64,000 bases of DNA from the human T2T-CHM13v2.0 reference genome, Homo sapiens: assembly GCF_009914755.1 (NCBI RefSeq), contig NC_060926.1; one strand, given 5' to 3'. The translations under genes and the position numbers were made by a program. Below, piece after piece: positions 36,992 to 49,760 of the stretch (positions within the stretch are counted from its first letter, which is position 1; every line of letters starts with the position of its first letter). The notes below the pieces were generated by a model that saw nothing but the letters and a program-made list of their open reading frames with translations, was not told the DNA's origin and did not search any database.

Positions 36992-39989
36992 TGGGGTGGC
37001 TGTGGTGAGGAGACAATCCCGTTCCAAGCGTACTCTGATGGGAGAATGAACAGGACCTGCTGAAGGTGGAGAACTGTTTCCATCTTCCTTTCCTCAGTCT
37101 CTCAGGGACCCCTTGGCTAGAACCTGAGCTTCTCCAGCCATCGGAGCAGAGCAATGGGATGGTGCCATCCTCTCTTGATGGGCTGGCCCAGGCCTAGGAA
37201 TTTAAATGTCCGGGAAGGAGAACACCAGGGCAAGGTCCACATCGCACCTACAGAATGAGCATCTAAGCGGAGTATTTCAGGTAACTCTAGGCCAAGACGG
37301 GGGAGATTGAAGAACCTTTCCAGACTGGTGGCTGACCTCCTACTAGATACAGCATAATGCTGGCTGGGGCTGGACGGAAGAGGGCTGCATTTTCCTCCTC
37401 GCTGTCTGTTGTAAGAGCATGCCTTTGAGGCATTTATTTTTGTACCACCTACAGGTTGCATCATGGGTGAAAACAGAGCCCTCAAGGCATAAAAACCATA
37501 AGCCTTCGGTGGATGTCATGATACAATACAAGGGGCTGGATTGACTCTATTTTTCAGGAGTTCACCTATGACAGGTGCCCACTGGAAATGGGGAACCTTG
37601 TGTTGGAAACCTAAAGCATGTCAGGGGAATGCCCAGCAGGGGCCCTGCACTGCATGTCCTGAGACAGGATCCCCGCGACAGCTGCACATCCTCAGCTGCA
37701 GTGAGGGGTGAGCAATTGTGTCCAGAGGTTTCCTGGGAGGTAGCATGGGGAAGAACCAGGTAGTGCAGGGACACAGGGGATGAGGAAGAAGGCGGCGTGG
37801 ATCCGTGGGCAGTGGGGGCAGGACGTGCGTGTCCCAGGCTGCGGAAGCAGCTGTCATTCCTGGCCAGGCACAGCCATATCTGCAAATTATGGTGTTGTAC
37901 CGGCAGGCATCATGTCAAGTCTTCTCCCTAGATCTGAGCTCAACCTTTAGAGATCCCCGTTGACTGCCCGGCTGTGGAACAGTGGGCTGGGCAGGGGACA
38001 CTGAGGCATTGTGACCCGTGAAGGCCAACAGAGGTCACAGGGATAATTGTCACTTTCTGACACCATCATTGGAGTCTTCTGGGTCATTCCATGGTCTGAA
38101 ATGGAAAGTTTCAATCTGAAAGCAAAACCTTATGTGAGCTTATTAGATGGAACAATTCAGAAAGCTCTCTAGGGAAGGAGCAGGCTGGAAGTCCTCTCTG
38201 GCTTCCACCAGCACACGCATATTAGGAAGCTGGCTATTTTCCTGGAAGGAGGAAGGTGGTCTGGGGCAGACAAGCGTGGGCTGGATTCAGAACCATGCTG
38301 CTTTGCTTTGCTGTGGGAGACGAGGACCCAGGAGGTTTGGCTGCTGCTGTGGGAGGGCTCCATCCGGCAGGCCTGGGGACAGCTAGTCCAGCCCTGCCTT
38401 CCCAGACAACACAAGTAATTAAAGAGGAAGGCTTTGAATTGTGGTCATGACATTATTACCAGAATGTTCTAGGGACCAGTAGATGGAGAAGCAATTGTAA
38501 TTAATGGAAATTTTACAGGCAATAGCATTAGGATTCAGACGTGGTCTCAAAACCTCGAGTGTCGTCACCTCTGTGACAGGACAGCTGAGGGCAGGCTCAT
38601 GGGTTTCCTGCAGCTCGCACAGATGCTGGGATTTGAATGTCGAGATTCTAACCTCACATCACAAAAAGGAGAAGGGCCTCACACATGTGGTGAGAACCGG
38701 GAGGCTCCGGCAGCCTCACACAGACCACTCAGTTCAGGCAGTGAGGCTCGGCGGGGCAGGCAGAACCAGAGACCCCCAGGATGGCACCATGGGCACCCTT
38801 CAGGAGGGAGTCCCTCCCCCGTGGCCAAGTGGTGCTGGTGGTAAAGTTCGGGTTGAAATTTGAAGAGAAGGCAGCATTGGCTGACCTAAGGAACCTGGAA
38901 CTGACCAAGAGTTGCGGTGGGGTAGTGGGGCAGACACTGGGGGACGGCGGAATGAGGCAGACATGGCTGAGTCCCTGAGGCAGATGCCGTGGGCATGGCT
39001 CCAGGCCATGGGTGGCTGCTCTGGTTTGGTCAGATGGATCTCTCGAGGAGCTAGAGCCATGGCCAAAGAGGCCAACCTGGCTCTTAGTGTGCAGCTTTGT
39101 TTCTGGTCAAGGTTTCTGCGGTCACCTGGGTATCCTCACAGCCCCTCACTCAGCAATCCAGTGTCCAGTCTACCTGGGACAGATTTGGCACATGCCAGTG
39201 ACTGTCCAAGTCTCTAGGAGGGAAGGCACACAGCCCATCCAGGTGCACTTAGCAGGGGTGTGAGGGGCTAGCTTGAAGACCCCTGACAGGTGCCACACTG
39301 GCCCCCCTTGACTCAGACCCCTAAGCGGGCTTCAGGCTCTCCTCTGTTCCCAGCAAAGCAGATGCAGGCCCCAGGGAAGCCTCGTCCCTGTCCGCTGACC
39401 GACAGGAGGGAGGGTGACTGGGCACTGGCCACAGGGTTCAGAGCCTGTGGCAGAAATTCCCACCAAGCTCAGAGGTCCATGCAGACTTCCTGGGCTCTGC
39501 TTGTGGGGTGCAGGCAAGGGTGCCCATGGCCACCCGAAACCTGGGCTTGACCCAGGTACCCTCAGGAAGGAAGGCCCTGCTGGACTATACCCGGCCTCTC
39601 GTACCCCTTTCCCAGGTTCAGACTTTCCAGCCCAGCGGTCCAGGGCCATAGCTTCCAGGGCTGGCAGGGACCTGGTGACAGGAAGGGCCCCTCCCAAAAG
39701 CAGAGCTGACCTTGGCCCTCAGGTGAAGTGGCCTCAGGGGCCGTGAGCACCCACCATGTCTGCAAAGGGGAGAAAAGGGGTGGCTTGTGGTGACAGCAGC
39801 CTCTCCTATGGCAGGAAACGCGGCTGGAGAGGGGCCTTGTCACCCCTGCCGGGCCCCCGTGGAGGGTATCTAGAGTCCGGCAGATGGCGGGGCCAGCACC
39901 TGAGATATCCCGTTCCCCTGCTATGCTGGAGAGGGCCATGGTATGAAGTGGGGGGCTTCACACTGCCCCAGGCCCTGATCTGGGAGGCC

Positions 39990-40470
39990 CTTCCAGGCGA
40001 AGGCGGCTCCCGGCTTCCCCTTCCTGCTGCCCCTCTTCCTCCCCATGCCCGCCTCTCCCCCCACGCCTGCCTCCTCCCTCCCGCTCCTCGCTGCCTCCTC
40101 GCCTCCAGGCCACAGTTTCTGTAGCTGGGTCTTCAGACTTCAGAAGTGTCCTTTTATTGTAAAGACTTCAGTGGTTTCCTAGAAAGCGCCGGATTTTCGA
40201 GCTTTCTTCCTGGCGGGGTTGCTTTGTCCTGCGCGACAGCAGGAGTTGTGGGCGGCCGCTGCAAGGCCCGCGCTGGCCCCGTCTCCCTTCGCAGGTGTCG
40301 AACCAGGAGTCACCTCCGCATCTGCGCAGCAGCGGGCCCGGCGGAGGGGCTCTGTCCCCACCTTCTCCCCCTCCACTGCCTCCCGGATGGGGACGGAGAA
40401 ACAGGGGTCCCGACAAGTGTCCACAGCAAATCAGATGAACACCTTGACTCCGAGCAGGGAGGCTCCTTCT
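39990..40470. promoter_or_regulatory. CpG-island-like element
   Basis: Highest non-repeat CpG density in the window; NotI site GCGGCCGC 40252-40259; C-rich tract 40015-40105. Confidence 0.5.
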
Positions 40471-40636
40471 GATTTGCCCTGTCCTTCTTCCAAAATGACA
40501 GAAAGATTCAGCAATGGCTTCAAAGAACCTTAAATGGCACATTTCTCTAAGAGACACAGAGGAAAGTCGGTTTAAAAGGCTTCTAAGTAATTGGATTGCC
40601 AGGCTTTTCCCACCGATGGAGAAAAGAAAACAGGCG

Positions 40637-41917
40637 TCACACAAACACAGGCCACACACGCCACACACGCCACACACGCCACACTCCACACACGCCACAC
40701 ACGCCACACACACCACGCAACACACACATCACACGCCACACACGCCACACTCCACACACCACACACCACACAACACACACATCACGCGCCACACATGCCA
40801 CACACGCCACACACCACACACGCCACACACACCACACACATCACACACATCACACTACACACCACACACATCACACTCCACACACCACACACGCTACACA
40901 CGCCACACACGCCATACACGCCACACACGCCACACACCACACACGCCACACACGCCACACTCCACACACCACACACACCACACAACACACACATCACGCG
41001 CCACACATGCCACACACGCCACACACGCCACACACGTCACACACACCACACACGCCACACACATCACACTACACACCACACACATCACACACATCACACA
41101 CCACACACCACACACATGCCTCACACACACAGGCACAGGCACACATGAGGAGAAAACACACAGACACACACAGCACACGTGCCACAAACACACCACAGCC
41201 AGAGAAAACACACAGGCACACACACCACACACGTGCCTTGCACACACAGGCAGAGGTATACACATAGAGAAAGCATGCAGACAGGCACACACCTCACACA
41301 TGCATCACACACAGGCACATGCACACACGGAGAAAACACACAGACAGGCACACACACCACACACATACCTCACACACACCACATACAGAGAAAACACACA
41401 GACAGGCACACACACCACATACACCACACACATGCCTCACACACACATGCACAGGCACACATGAGGAGAAAACACACAGACAGGCACACACACCACACAT
41501 GCCACACACACACCACACACAGAAAACACACAGACAGGCACACACACCACACATGCTACACACACACCACACACAGAGAAAACACACAGACAAGCACACA
41601 CACCACACGTGCCACACACACACCGCACCTAGAGAAAACACACAGACACACATACCACACATACCACACACGTGCCTTGCACACACAGGCACAGGCACAC
41701 ACATGGAGAAAACACAGCCAGGCACACACACCACACATGCCACACACACACCACACACAGAACACTCGCAGACAGGCACACACACAACACACATGCCACA
41801 CACACACCACACACAGAAAACACACAGACAGGCACACACACCACACACATGCCACACACATAGGCACATGCACACATGAAGAAAACATGCAGACAGGCAC
41901 ACACACTACACACATGC
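40637..41917. repeat. Complex CA-rich tandem repeat, two subdomains
   Basis: 7-9-bp units (cacacacgc/cacacac) to ~41115, then longer units containing gagaaaacacacagacaggcacacacacc. Confidence 0.97.
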
Positions 41918-41918
41918 C

Positions 41919-42542
41919 TGGTGATGTCATGGTGATGTGGTGATGTCATGGTGAAGTGGTGATGGCATAGTAATGTGGTTGTGTCATAGTGGTGTGGTGA
42001 TGTCATGGTGATGTCAAGGTGATGGGGTAGTAATGTTATGGTGAGGTGGTGATGTCATAGTGATGTGATATGGTGATGTCATGGTGATGTTGTGTGATGC
42101 AGTTGTAATGTTATGGGGAGGTGGTGATGTCATAGCGATGTGATGTAGTGGTGGGACAGTGGTGTCATGGTGATGTGGTGATGTGTGGTGCTGTCCTGGT
42201 GATATGATCGTGGTGATGCCGTGGTAATGTTATGGTGATGTGATGTCATGGTGAAGTGGTTGTGTTGTGATGTGGTGACGTCGTGGTGATGTGTTGTTGT
42301 TATGGTGAGGTGGTGATGTCATAGTGACGTGAAGTGGTATAGTAGTGATGTCATGGTGACATCGTGGTGATGTGGTGACGTCGTGGTGATGTGGTGTTGT
42401 TATGGTGAGGTAGTGATGTCATAGTGACGTGATGTGGTGGTATAGTGGTGATGTCATGGTGACGTCGTGGTGATGTGGTGACGTCGTGGTGATGTGGTGA
42501 TGTCACGGTGGGGTTGTGGTGATGTCATGGTGATGTCATGGA
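41919..42542. repeat. Complex (GGTGATGT/GGTGATGTCAT)n repeat
   Basis: Mixed 8- and 11-bp units; ~100-bp internal duplication at 42274 and 42374. Confidence 0.95.
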
Positions 42543-42735
42543 GAGCAGGTTCAATGGGAGGGTGAGGAGTTCTGCATGGGACTGAACACCCTAGGGTGTT
42601 GTGAGCCTCACTGTGATGATCACCTGCCCAAGGCAGGTGGACTGTAGGTGCTGACCTTGGGGCTGGACCTCCCCCTGCATGGCACTGGCTGGGTGGACCC
42701 AGGCATAAGGAGCACCACATCCTGCCTGGGACAGC

Positions 42736-42867
42736 GAGCTGTTGGGGAGCCATCCTCCAGCAGGACCAGGAGCTGTCGGGGAGTCATCCTGGAGCAGGAC
42801 CATGAGCTGTCGGGGAGCCATCCTGGAGCAGGACTGTGAGCTGTCGGGGAGCCATCCTGGAGCAGGG
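42736..42867. repeat. 34-bp minisatellite, 4 copies
   Basis: gagctgtcggggagccatcctggagcaggac units at 42736, 42770, 42804, 42838. Confidence 0.92.
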
Positions 42868-43604
42868 AATAAAGAGTAGCTCAGCCTTCAGCCCATGCTT
42901 AGGACCCCTGGCTGGGAGCTGAGGCCGCAGCCCGTGAGCCTGGCTATCAGAATGAGGCTCAGGAAAATTTGAGGTCCAGAGCCCACAACCAACACAGGGA
43001 ACAGGATGTTAACCCAGGTAAACAGCTGGGGTGGAAGATTCTTCCAGAAGCTCTTCTGTCCCGTTTTCCTCCGTGCTGGCTATTGCCTAACCTCTCAAAG
43101 TGTTAGAGATGATGCAGGTCTGGCATGGAGATACCCGCAGGGAAGCCCCTGTCTCTGGAGCAGGGTCCAGCCATCCTGTCTGCATCCCTGCACCCACCCT
43201 GGAGGCTCTGCTGGGCTGCCCTGCCCCTCCTGCTGGCCTCCAATCCTGCTGTTCCCCCGGACCCCCACAGGCCACCGGCTCCGCTGGCCCTCATTGCATG
43301 TTTATCAGACTCGGGGGCCAGGCAGGCCCACTCTCCCTGGGCCCCCGCAGCTCCAGACCCTACCTGGCACAAAGTGCTGGCTATTTGTCCTCAGGATATT
43401 GTAGTTTTGAAAGACGAGACTCCTTGCATGAGATAACAGCTTTAAGGATCAGTGAAACTGATTCCATTCTAAACACAACTGCAGCAGGGATGGTCTGCAA
43501 TACAGTGAGTGGTAGCAGAATCAAAGGGTAAGAGCTGAGTTCTACTCGTGAGGGGCTTCCCGTCTAGCAGAGTAACCGGAAGGAGTCCACCAGACAGGTG
43601 TTCA

Positions 43605-43692
43605 AGCTACGCTTTCCTGAGTATGACTCTGTATCCGTAGCCAGCTGATGAGCTACGCTTTCCTGAGTATGAATGACCCTGTATCCGTAGCA
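43605..43692. repeat. 46-bp tandem duplication
   Basis: agctacgctttcctgagtatga...ctgtatccgtagc at 43605 and 43651. Confidence 0.85.
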
Positions 43693-43744
43693 TATGCGCC
43701 TGACCGTCTCAGTGCAGGGGATGATGGATGGATGTCCAATGGCT

Positions 43745-43926
43745 TCCTCGGGCTGATGGTACTGCTTAGTGAGAACCAACTGTTAAATTTTCAGGAATTT
43801 TGTGAGCCAGTTGATGTCACATAAGTAGCTTGAAATCAGCCAAGCAGGAGAATTTACATCACAGAAATGGGCAAATGCTATAATTTTTTTAGAGCCAGTT
43901 ATTAAGCATCTACTAACATACCACTT
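43745..43926. mobile_element. MER63 (hAT-Blackjack)
   Basis: gtagcttgaaatcagcca, atttacatcacagaaatgggcaaatgcta, terminus gagccagttattaagcatctactaacataccact. Confidence 0.7.
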
Positions 43927-44544
43927 ATTAAACCCATCTATTAATTTGATTATTTAACAGTAATTGTTTATCAAGTAATAATTATGAGCATGACACTCAG
44001 ATATGCATAAGATAAACAGGAGAAAATAGGTTTTTCCTAAGTAATTCCCCTTTAGCTTTGGAGCCCTAAAAATTGAACTATGTGCCTAGGGAACTGCCTG
44101 AGTGCTGGGTGTGCCAATGTCCTCTACCTAATGGAGATGGCAGGTGTCTCTCTGTGAGCCCTACTTGCCCTCTACCACTGCCCCAGTACAGGCCATGCTA
44201 GAACATGTATTGATAATGCTTTATGGGGAGGGGATGCTGTATTAGAGTTTCTGGTTTGCTTCTCAGGCTTCAAACACCAGAGGAGTTGACATCAGTGACC
44301 CTAACACTGGAGTGACTGGTGGGAGTTATGACACCGCCAGGGATCTCGGACCAGAGGCGCAGCCCCAGAGAGTGACAGTGTGCACTCCATGCAGTGTGGG
44401 GCTCACAGCCGGAGATCTGCCTAATTCTCTCTCTTCCAAACCTGCAGTTCCCAGTCCTTGGGGAGCTCCCTGACAAGTGCAGAATGGGACGAGCATGCAG
44501 GGGCAGCACCTGGCTTTAGGGGTGTCTCACCTGCCTGTCTGACT

Positions 44545-44668
44545 TGCTTACAGGCCTGAACCTCCATGAGGGTTGCCTGTGCAGTTTTTCATCCTTGTCT
44601 CCCTGGAAACAAGGACAGAGTGAAAACAAATAGAAGTCAATAATTTCTTGTTAAACAATGAATGAATA
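44545..44668 (+). mobile_element. L2 3' end
   Basis: ctccatgaggg...caataatttcttgttaaacaatgaatgaat. Confidence 0.5.
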
Positions 44669-45088
44669 ACAGAAAGATCCAGTTATAATAGGTCCAGTTG
44701 GCAGCTGCATTCATGTAAGAATGACCTATCCTATGGAAAATACTCATCAGACGTGCTATGTTCCACCTAAGCATGGGAGAATGAAGAACAGAGAGGAGGT
44801 GGGGAAAAGGAGGAAGGGTAGGGGAGGGAAGGGGAGAAGTGGGGATGGGAGGGGAGGGGAGAAATTTATTTTAGTTGAGACAAGAAAGATTTAAGATAGG
44901 GACTAGTAATAAATTTCTTTCTCTAAAGGTTGTTTTTAAAGAACATTATGGAAAATGGTCTCTTAAATAGTACAGAAGTTAGAACAATATTTGAGAAAAA
45001 TTTCTGAAAAATTATCATCTGGAAACAAGTAATTTATTTGAGGCTAAAGACAGTAAAATATTGAACTTTTTACAGAAAGTAGAGATTA

Positions 45089-45138
45089 TCTCTCTCTCTC
45101 AGTCTCTCTGACACACACACACACACACACACACACAC
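45089..45138. repeat. Compound (TC)n(CA)n microsatellite
   Basis: Directly visible. Confidence 0.9.
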
Positions 45139-45959
45139 AAGCACAGCTGACTTCCTTATTCCCCTACTCATTAACCATGTGGTAGATTCAAATATCCAGC
45201 AAATGTCCAACAAACGTCTTTAGATCTTGGCCAAGACACCCAGGAAGGTGCCCTCAGCATCCCAAGTCACCAACCATAAAAACACAGAAACGATGGGGCT
45301 TAGATCCAGCCATCTTTTATTTTAGAATGTACTGGGAACAGAGGATTCCTGGGGTCATAGAGACGATGAAAGCTGTTGCTGATTTACAGTATGGGCATTA
45401 AAGCCCATTTGCCTTTTCCATCAGCTAGAAAGGGCAGGACAGTCACATGGCAAAATACACACCTGCTTAAACTGAACTTACTCTGGAAAACTGTTTGAAA
45501 TATCCCTAGGCTAGAATTAACGAAATTATTAACAGTAAAGCTATGTTCAGAAAAAGAAAACAAAGTGGAGATCTTCAAGATGTGAATTACAGAGACCATT
45601 ATACTATTTTAAAAAATCAGCGTCCACATGTCTTAAACTGCTTTGTCCCTGGCATTAGGTCACGTACATCACAAAGCGCTGAAATATCACCATTGTTTGC
45701 AGGAACACAGCATAGCAGCCCCGAGTGTACATGGGGAAGCCTTTAAATCAATGCGGGCAAACAGCTCTGCCACACACCACGTGGGTGTTCTGGCAGCTGG
45801 CGATGCACGGCCCAGAATGTGTACTTGGAAGCCGGGAACGGGGCCTGGGCCTTGGTCTCTGTGGCTTTCGTTTGCTCTACCCTGGGATTTGCAAATCCAG
45901 AGTGGAGGCTGTGGTATTTCACTGAGATCATTTGGAAGCCACTTCATATTCTTCTGTGA

Positions 45960-46260
45960 CACAAGATTCAAAGCTTAATTTATCAGATCTAAAGGCACCG
46001 TTTTTTCTTCATTGCCCGAGGCAAGAAGCCAGAGGCACCGCTGCATGTAATTAACATCGCATCCAACACAGACGGACCTGGACCCGGCGTGGGCAACGCT
46101 TTTCTTCCGGGATATTTATTGATGGGTAACTTGATTTAACAACAATTACGAAATAACCATATATTATACCAGAAGTCCCTAAATTGTGTGTACGTGCATT
46201 CAAAATAATTAGTAATTTGTCTTTTTAAAAATAATGTGTGTGTTAATTCAAGTTAAGTGT
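45960..46260. promoter_or_regulatory. Candidate conserved non-coding element (homeodomain/SOX motifs)
   Basis: AT-rich but CpG-retaining unique sequence; TAATTAA 46048, TTTATTG 46115, TGATTTAA 46132, AACAAT 46141. Confidence 0.4.
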
Positions 46261-46599
46261 TTCTGAACACTAAAGTATTTCCCTTTAAAGATTTAAAACA
46301 ATCTCAGCAGTTGGGGTGAAGGGGGTTTTAATAATTTTAATAAGTTTAAATATGTGACTACAATATATACAATTATACATATATATTCATGCACGCATAT
46401 GTGCACATATGTGCACACACATGCACACAAATATGTCACATTGCACAGGGTCAGCCTGCTGCTGGGTGCCCTGTGAACCTGAATTCTTCATCTCAGCCAC
46501 TGAGCCTGCTCCCTCTGTCACCCACTTACTGGTTCGTCCACCTCCAGGCACAGCCTCTTCCAATCCATCCCTGCACACTGGAGTGACCTTTGTGAAATG

Positions 46600-47995
<1,396 letters not shown>

Positions 47996-48429
47996 TCTGA
48001 AAGTTCTTAGTAGATTACCACTGTGATTAAAACGCCCCATAAATGTCACAGCATTCTCAGTCTAAAGACCAAGTGCCTTCCCAAGGCACAGAAAGACCTG
48101 TGGGATCCTGTCACTGTCTCCCCTCCTTCTCGCTTCCACCTGCTCTCCAATCTCTCAGGCTTCAGCAAAGCCCTGAGGTCTGTTTTCTCTGCCTCTTGTG
48201 GCCTTGCTGATGCCAACAGACTTCCCCAACTATTGACTGAAGATGTCGCTGACCCCCCAGGGTCCAGGCTGAATCAGGCGTCCTCTCTCCGCTGGGACAC
48301 CAGGCACCGTCTGGCAACAGCTGATGCACTTGTCTGAGTCTTAGTCCACCTGGGCACAAGCAGAGAAAGGACCATGGGTTTCATCTCTGCAATAACTGGC
48401 ACAATGTGGCTTCCTAAGCAACATACAAG

Positions 48430-49760
48430 GAGGGCGTATGTCTGGGAGGTACACTGTGGATGTCTGTCAAGGGTGTATGTGCGGGGGGTGCACTGTGCAT
48501 GTCTGTGGAGGGCGTATGTCTGGGGGATGCATTGTCCATGTCTGTTGAGGATGTATGCATGGGGTGTGCACTGTGCATGTCTGTCGAGGGTGTATGTCCA
48601 GGAGGTGCACTGTGCATGTCTGTCGAGGGTGTATGTCCAGGGGGTGCACTGTGCATGTCTGTCAAGGATGTATGTCCGGGAGGTGCACTGTGCGTGTCTG
48701 TTGAGGGCGTATGTCCAGGAATGCACTGTGCATGTCTGTCGAGGGCGTATGTGCGGGGGGTGCACTGTGCATGTCTCTCGAGGGCGTATGTCTGGGTTGT
48801 GCACTGTGCATGTCTGTCGAGGATGTATGTATGGGTGCGCACTATGCATGTCTGTCAAGGGTGTATGTCCGGGGGGTGTACCGTGCATGTCTCTGGAGGG
48901 CGTATGTGTGGGGGATGCACTGTGCATGTCTGTCGAGGGTGTATTTCCGGGGGGTGCACTGTGCATGTCTGTCGAGGGTGTATGTGCGGGGGGTGCACTG
49001 TGCATGTCTGTCGAGGGCATATGTCTGGGGGATGCACTGTGCATGTCTGTCGAGGATGTATGTCCAGGAGGTGCACTGTGCATGTCTGTCGAGGGTGTAT
49101 GTCCGGGGGTGCACTGTGCATGTCTCTCGAGGGTGTATTTCCGGGGGGTGCACTGTGCATGTCTGTCGAGGGTGTATGTCCAGGGGTGCACTGTGCATGT
49201 CATGTCTGTCGAGGTTGTATGTCTGGGGGTGCACGGTGCGTGTCTCTCGAGGGTGTTATGTCCAGGGGTGCACTGTGCATGTCTGTAGAGGGCGGATGTC
49301 CGGGGGGTGCATTGTGCATGTCTGTCGAGGGCGTATGTCCAGGGATGCACTGTGCATGTCTGTCGAGGATGTATGTCCAGGAGGTGCACTGTGCATGTCT
49401 GTCGAGGGCGTATGTCCGGGGGTGCACTGTGCATGTCTCTCGAGGGTGTATTTCCGGGGGGTGCACTGTGCATGTCTGTCGAGGGTGTATGACCGGGGGT
49501 GCACTGTGCATGTCATGTCTGTCGAGGTTGTATGTCTGGGGGTGCACTGTGCATGTCTTTCGAGGGTGTATGTCCGGGGGTGTACTGTGCATGTCATGTC
49601 TGTCGAGGTTGTATGTCTGGGGGTGCACTGTGCATGTCTGTCGAGGGCGTATGTCCAGGGGGTACACTGTGGGTGTCTGTGGAGGGTGTATGTCCGGGAG
49701 GTGCACTATGGGTGTCTGTCGAGGGCGTATGTCCAAGTGTGCACTGTGCATGTCTGTCGA
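48430..49760. repeat. 39-bp minisatellite (VNTR-type), ~34 copies
   Basis: Consensus GTGCACTGTGCATGTCTGTCGAGGGTGTATGTCCGGGGG; 38-39-bp units and 43-bp variants with an extra CATGT. Confidence 0.98.

Noticed and set aside
40514-42006. His/Thr-rich and Cys/Val-rich ORFs up to 316 aa
   Set aside because: Translations of CA/TG simple repeats; not evidence of histidine-rich or metallothionein-like proteins.
46396-46417. Overlapping 16-18-bp perfect palindromes
   Set aside because: Expected within an alternating purine-pyrimidine (CA/TG/TA) simple repeat.
48430-49760. Full p53 or steroid-receptor response elements in the VNTR
   Set aside because: Only isolated p53 half-sites; GGTGCActgTGCATG does not fit ERE or GRE/ARE consensus.
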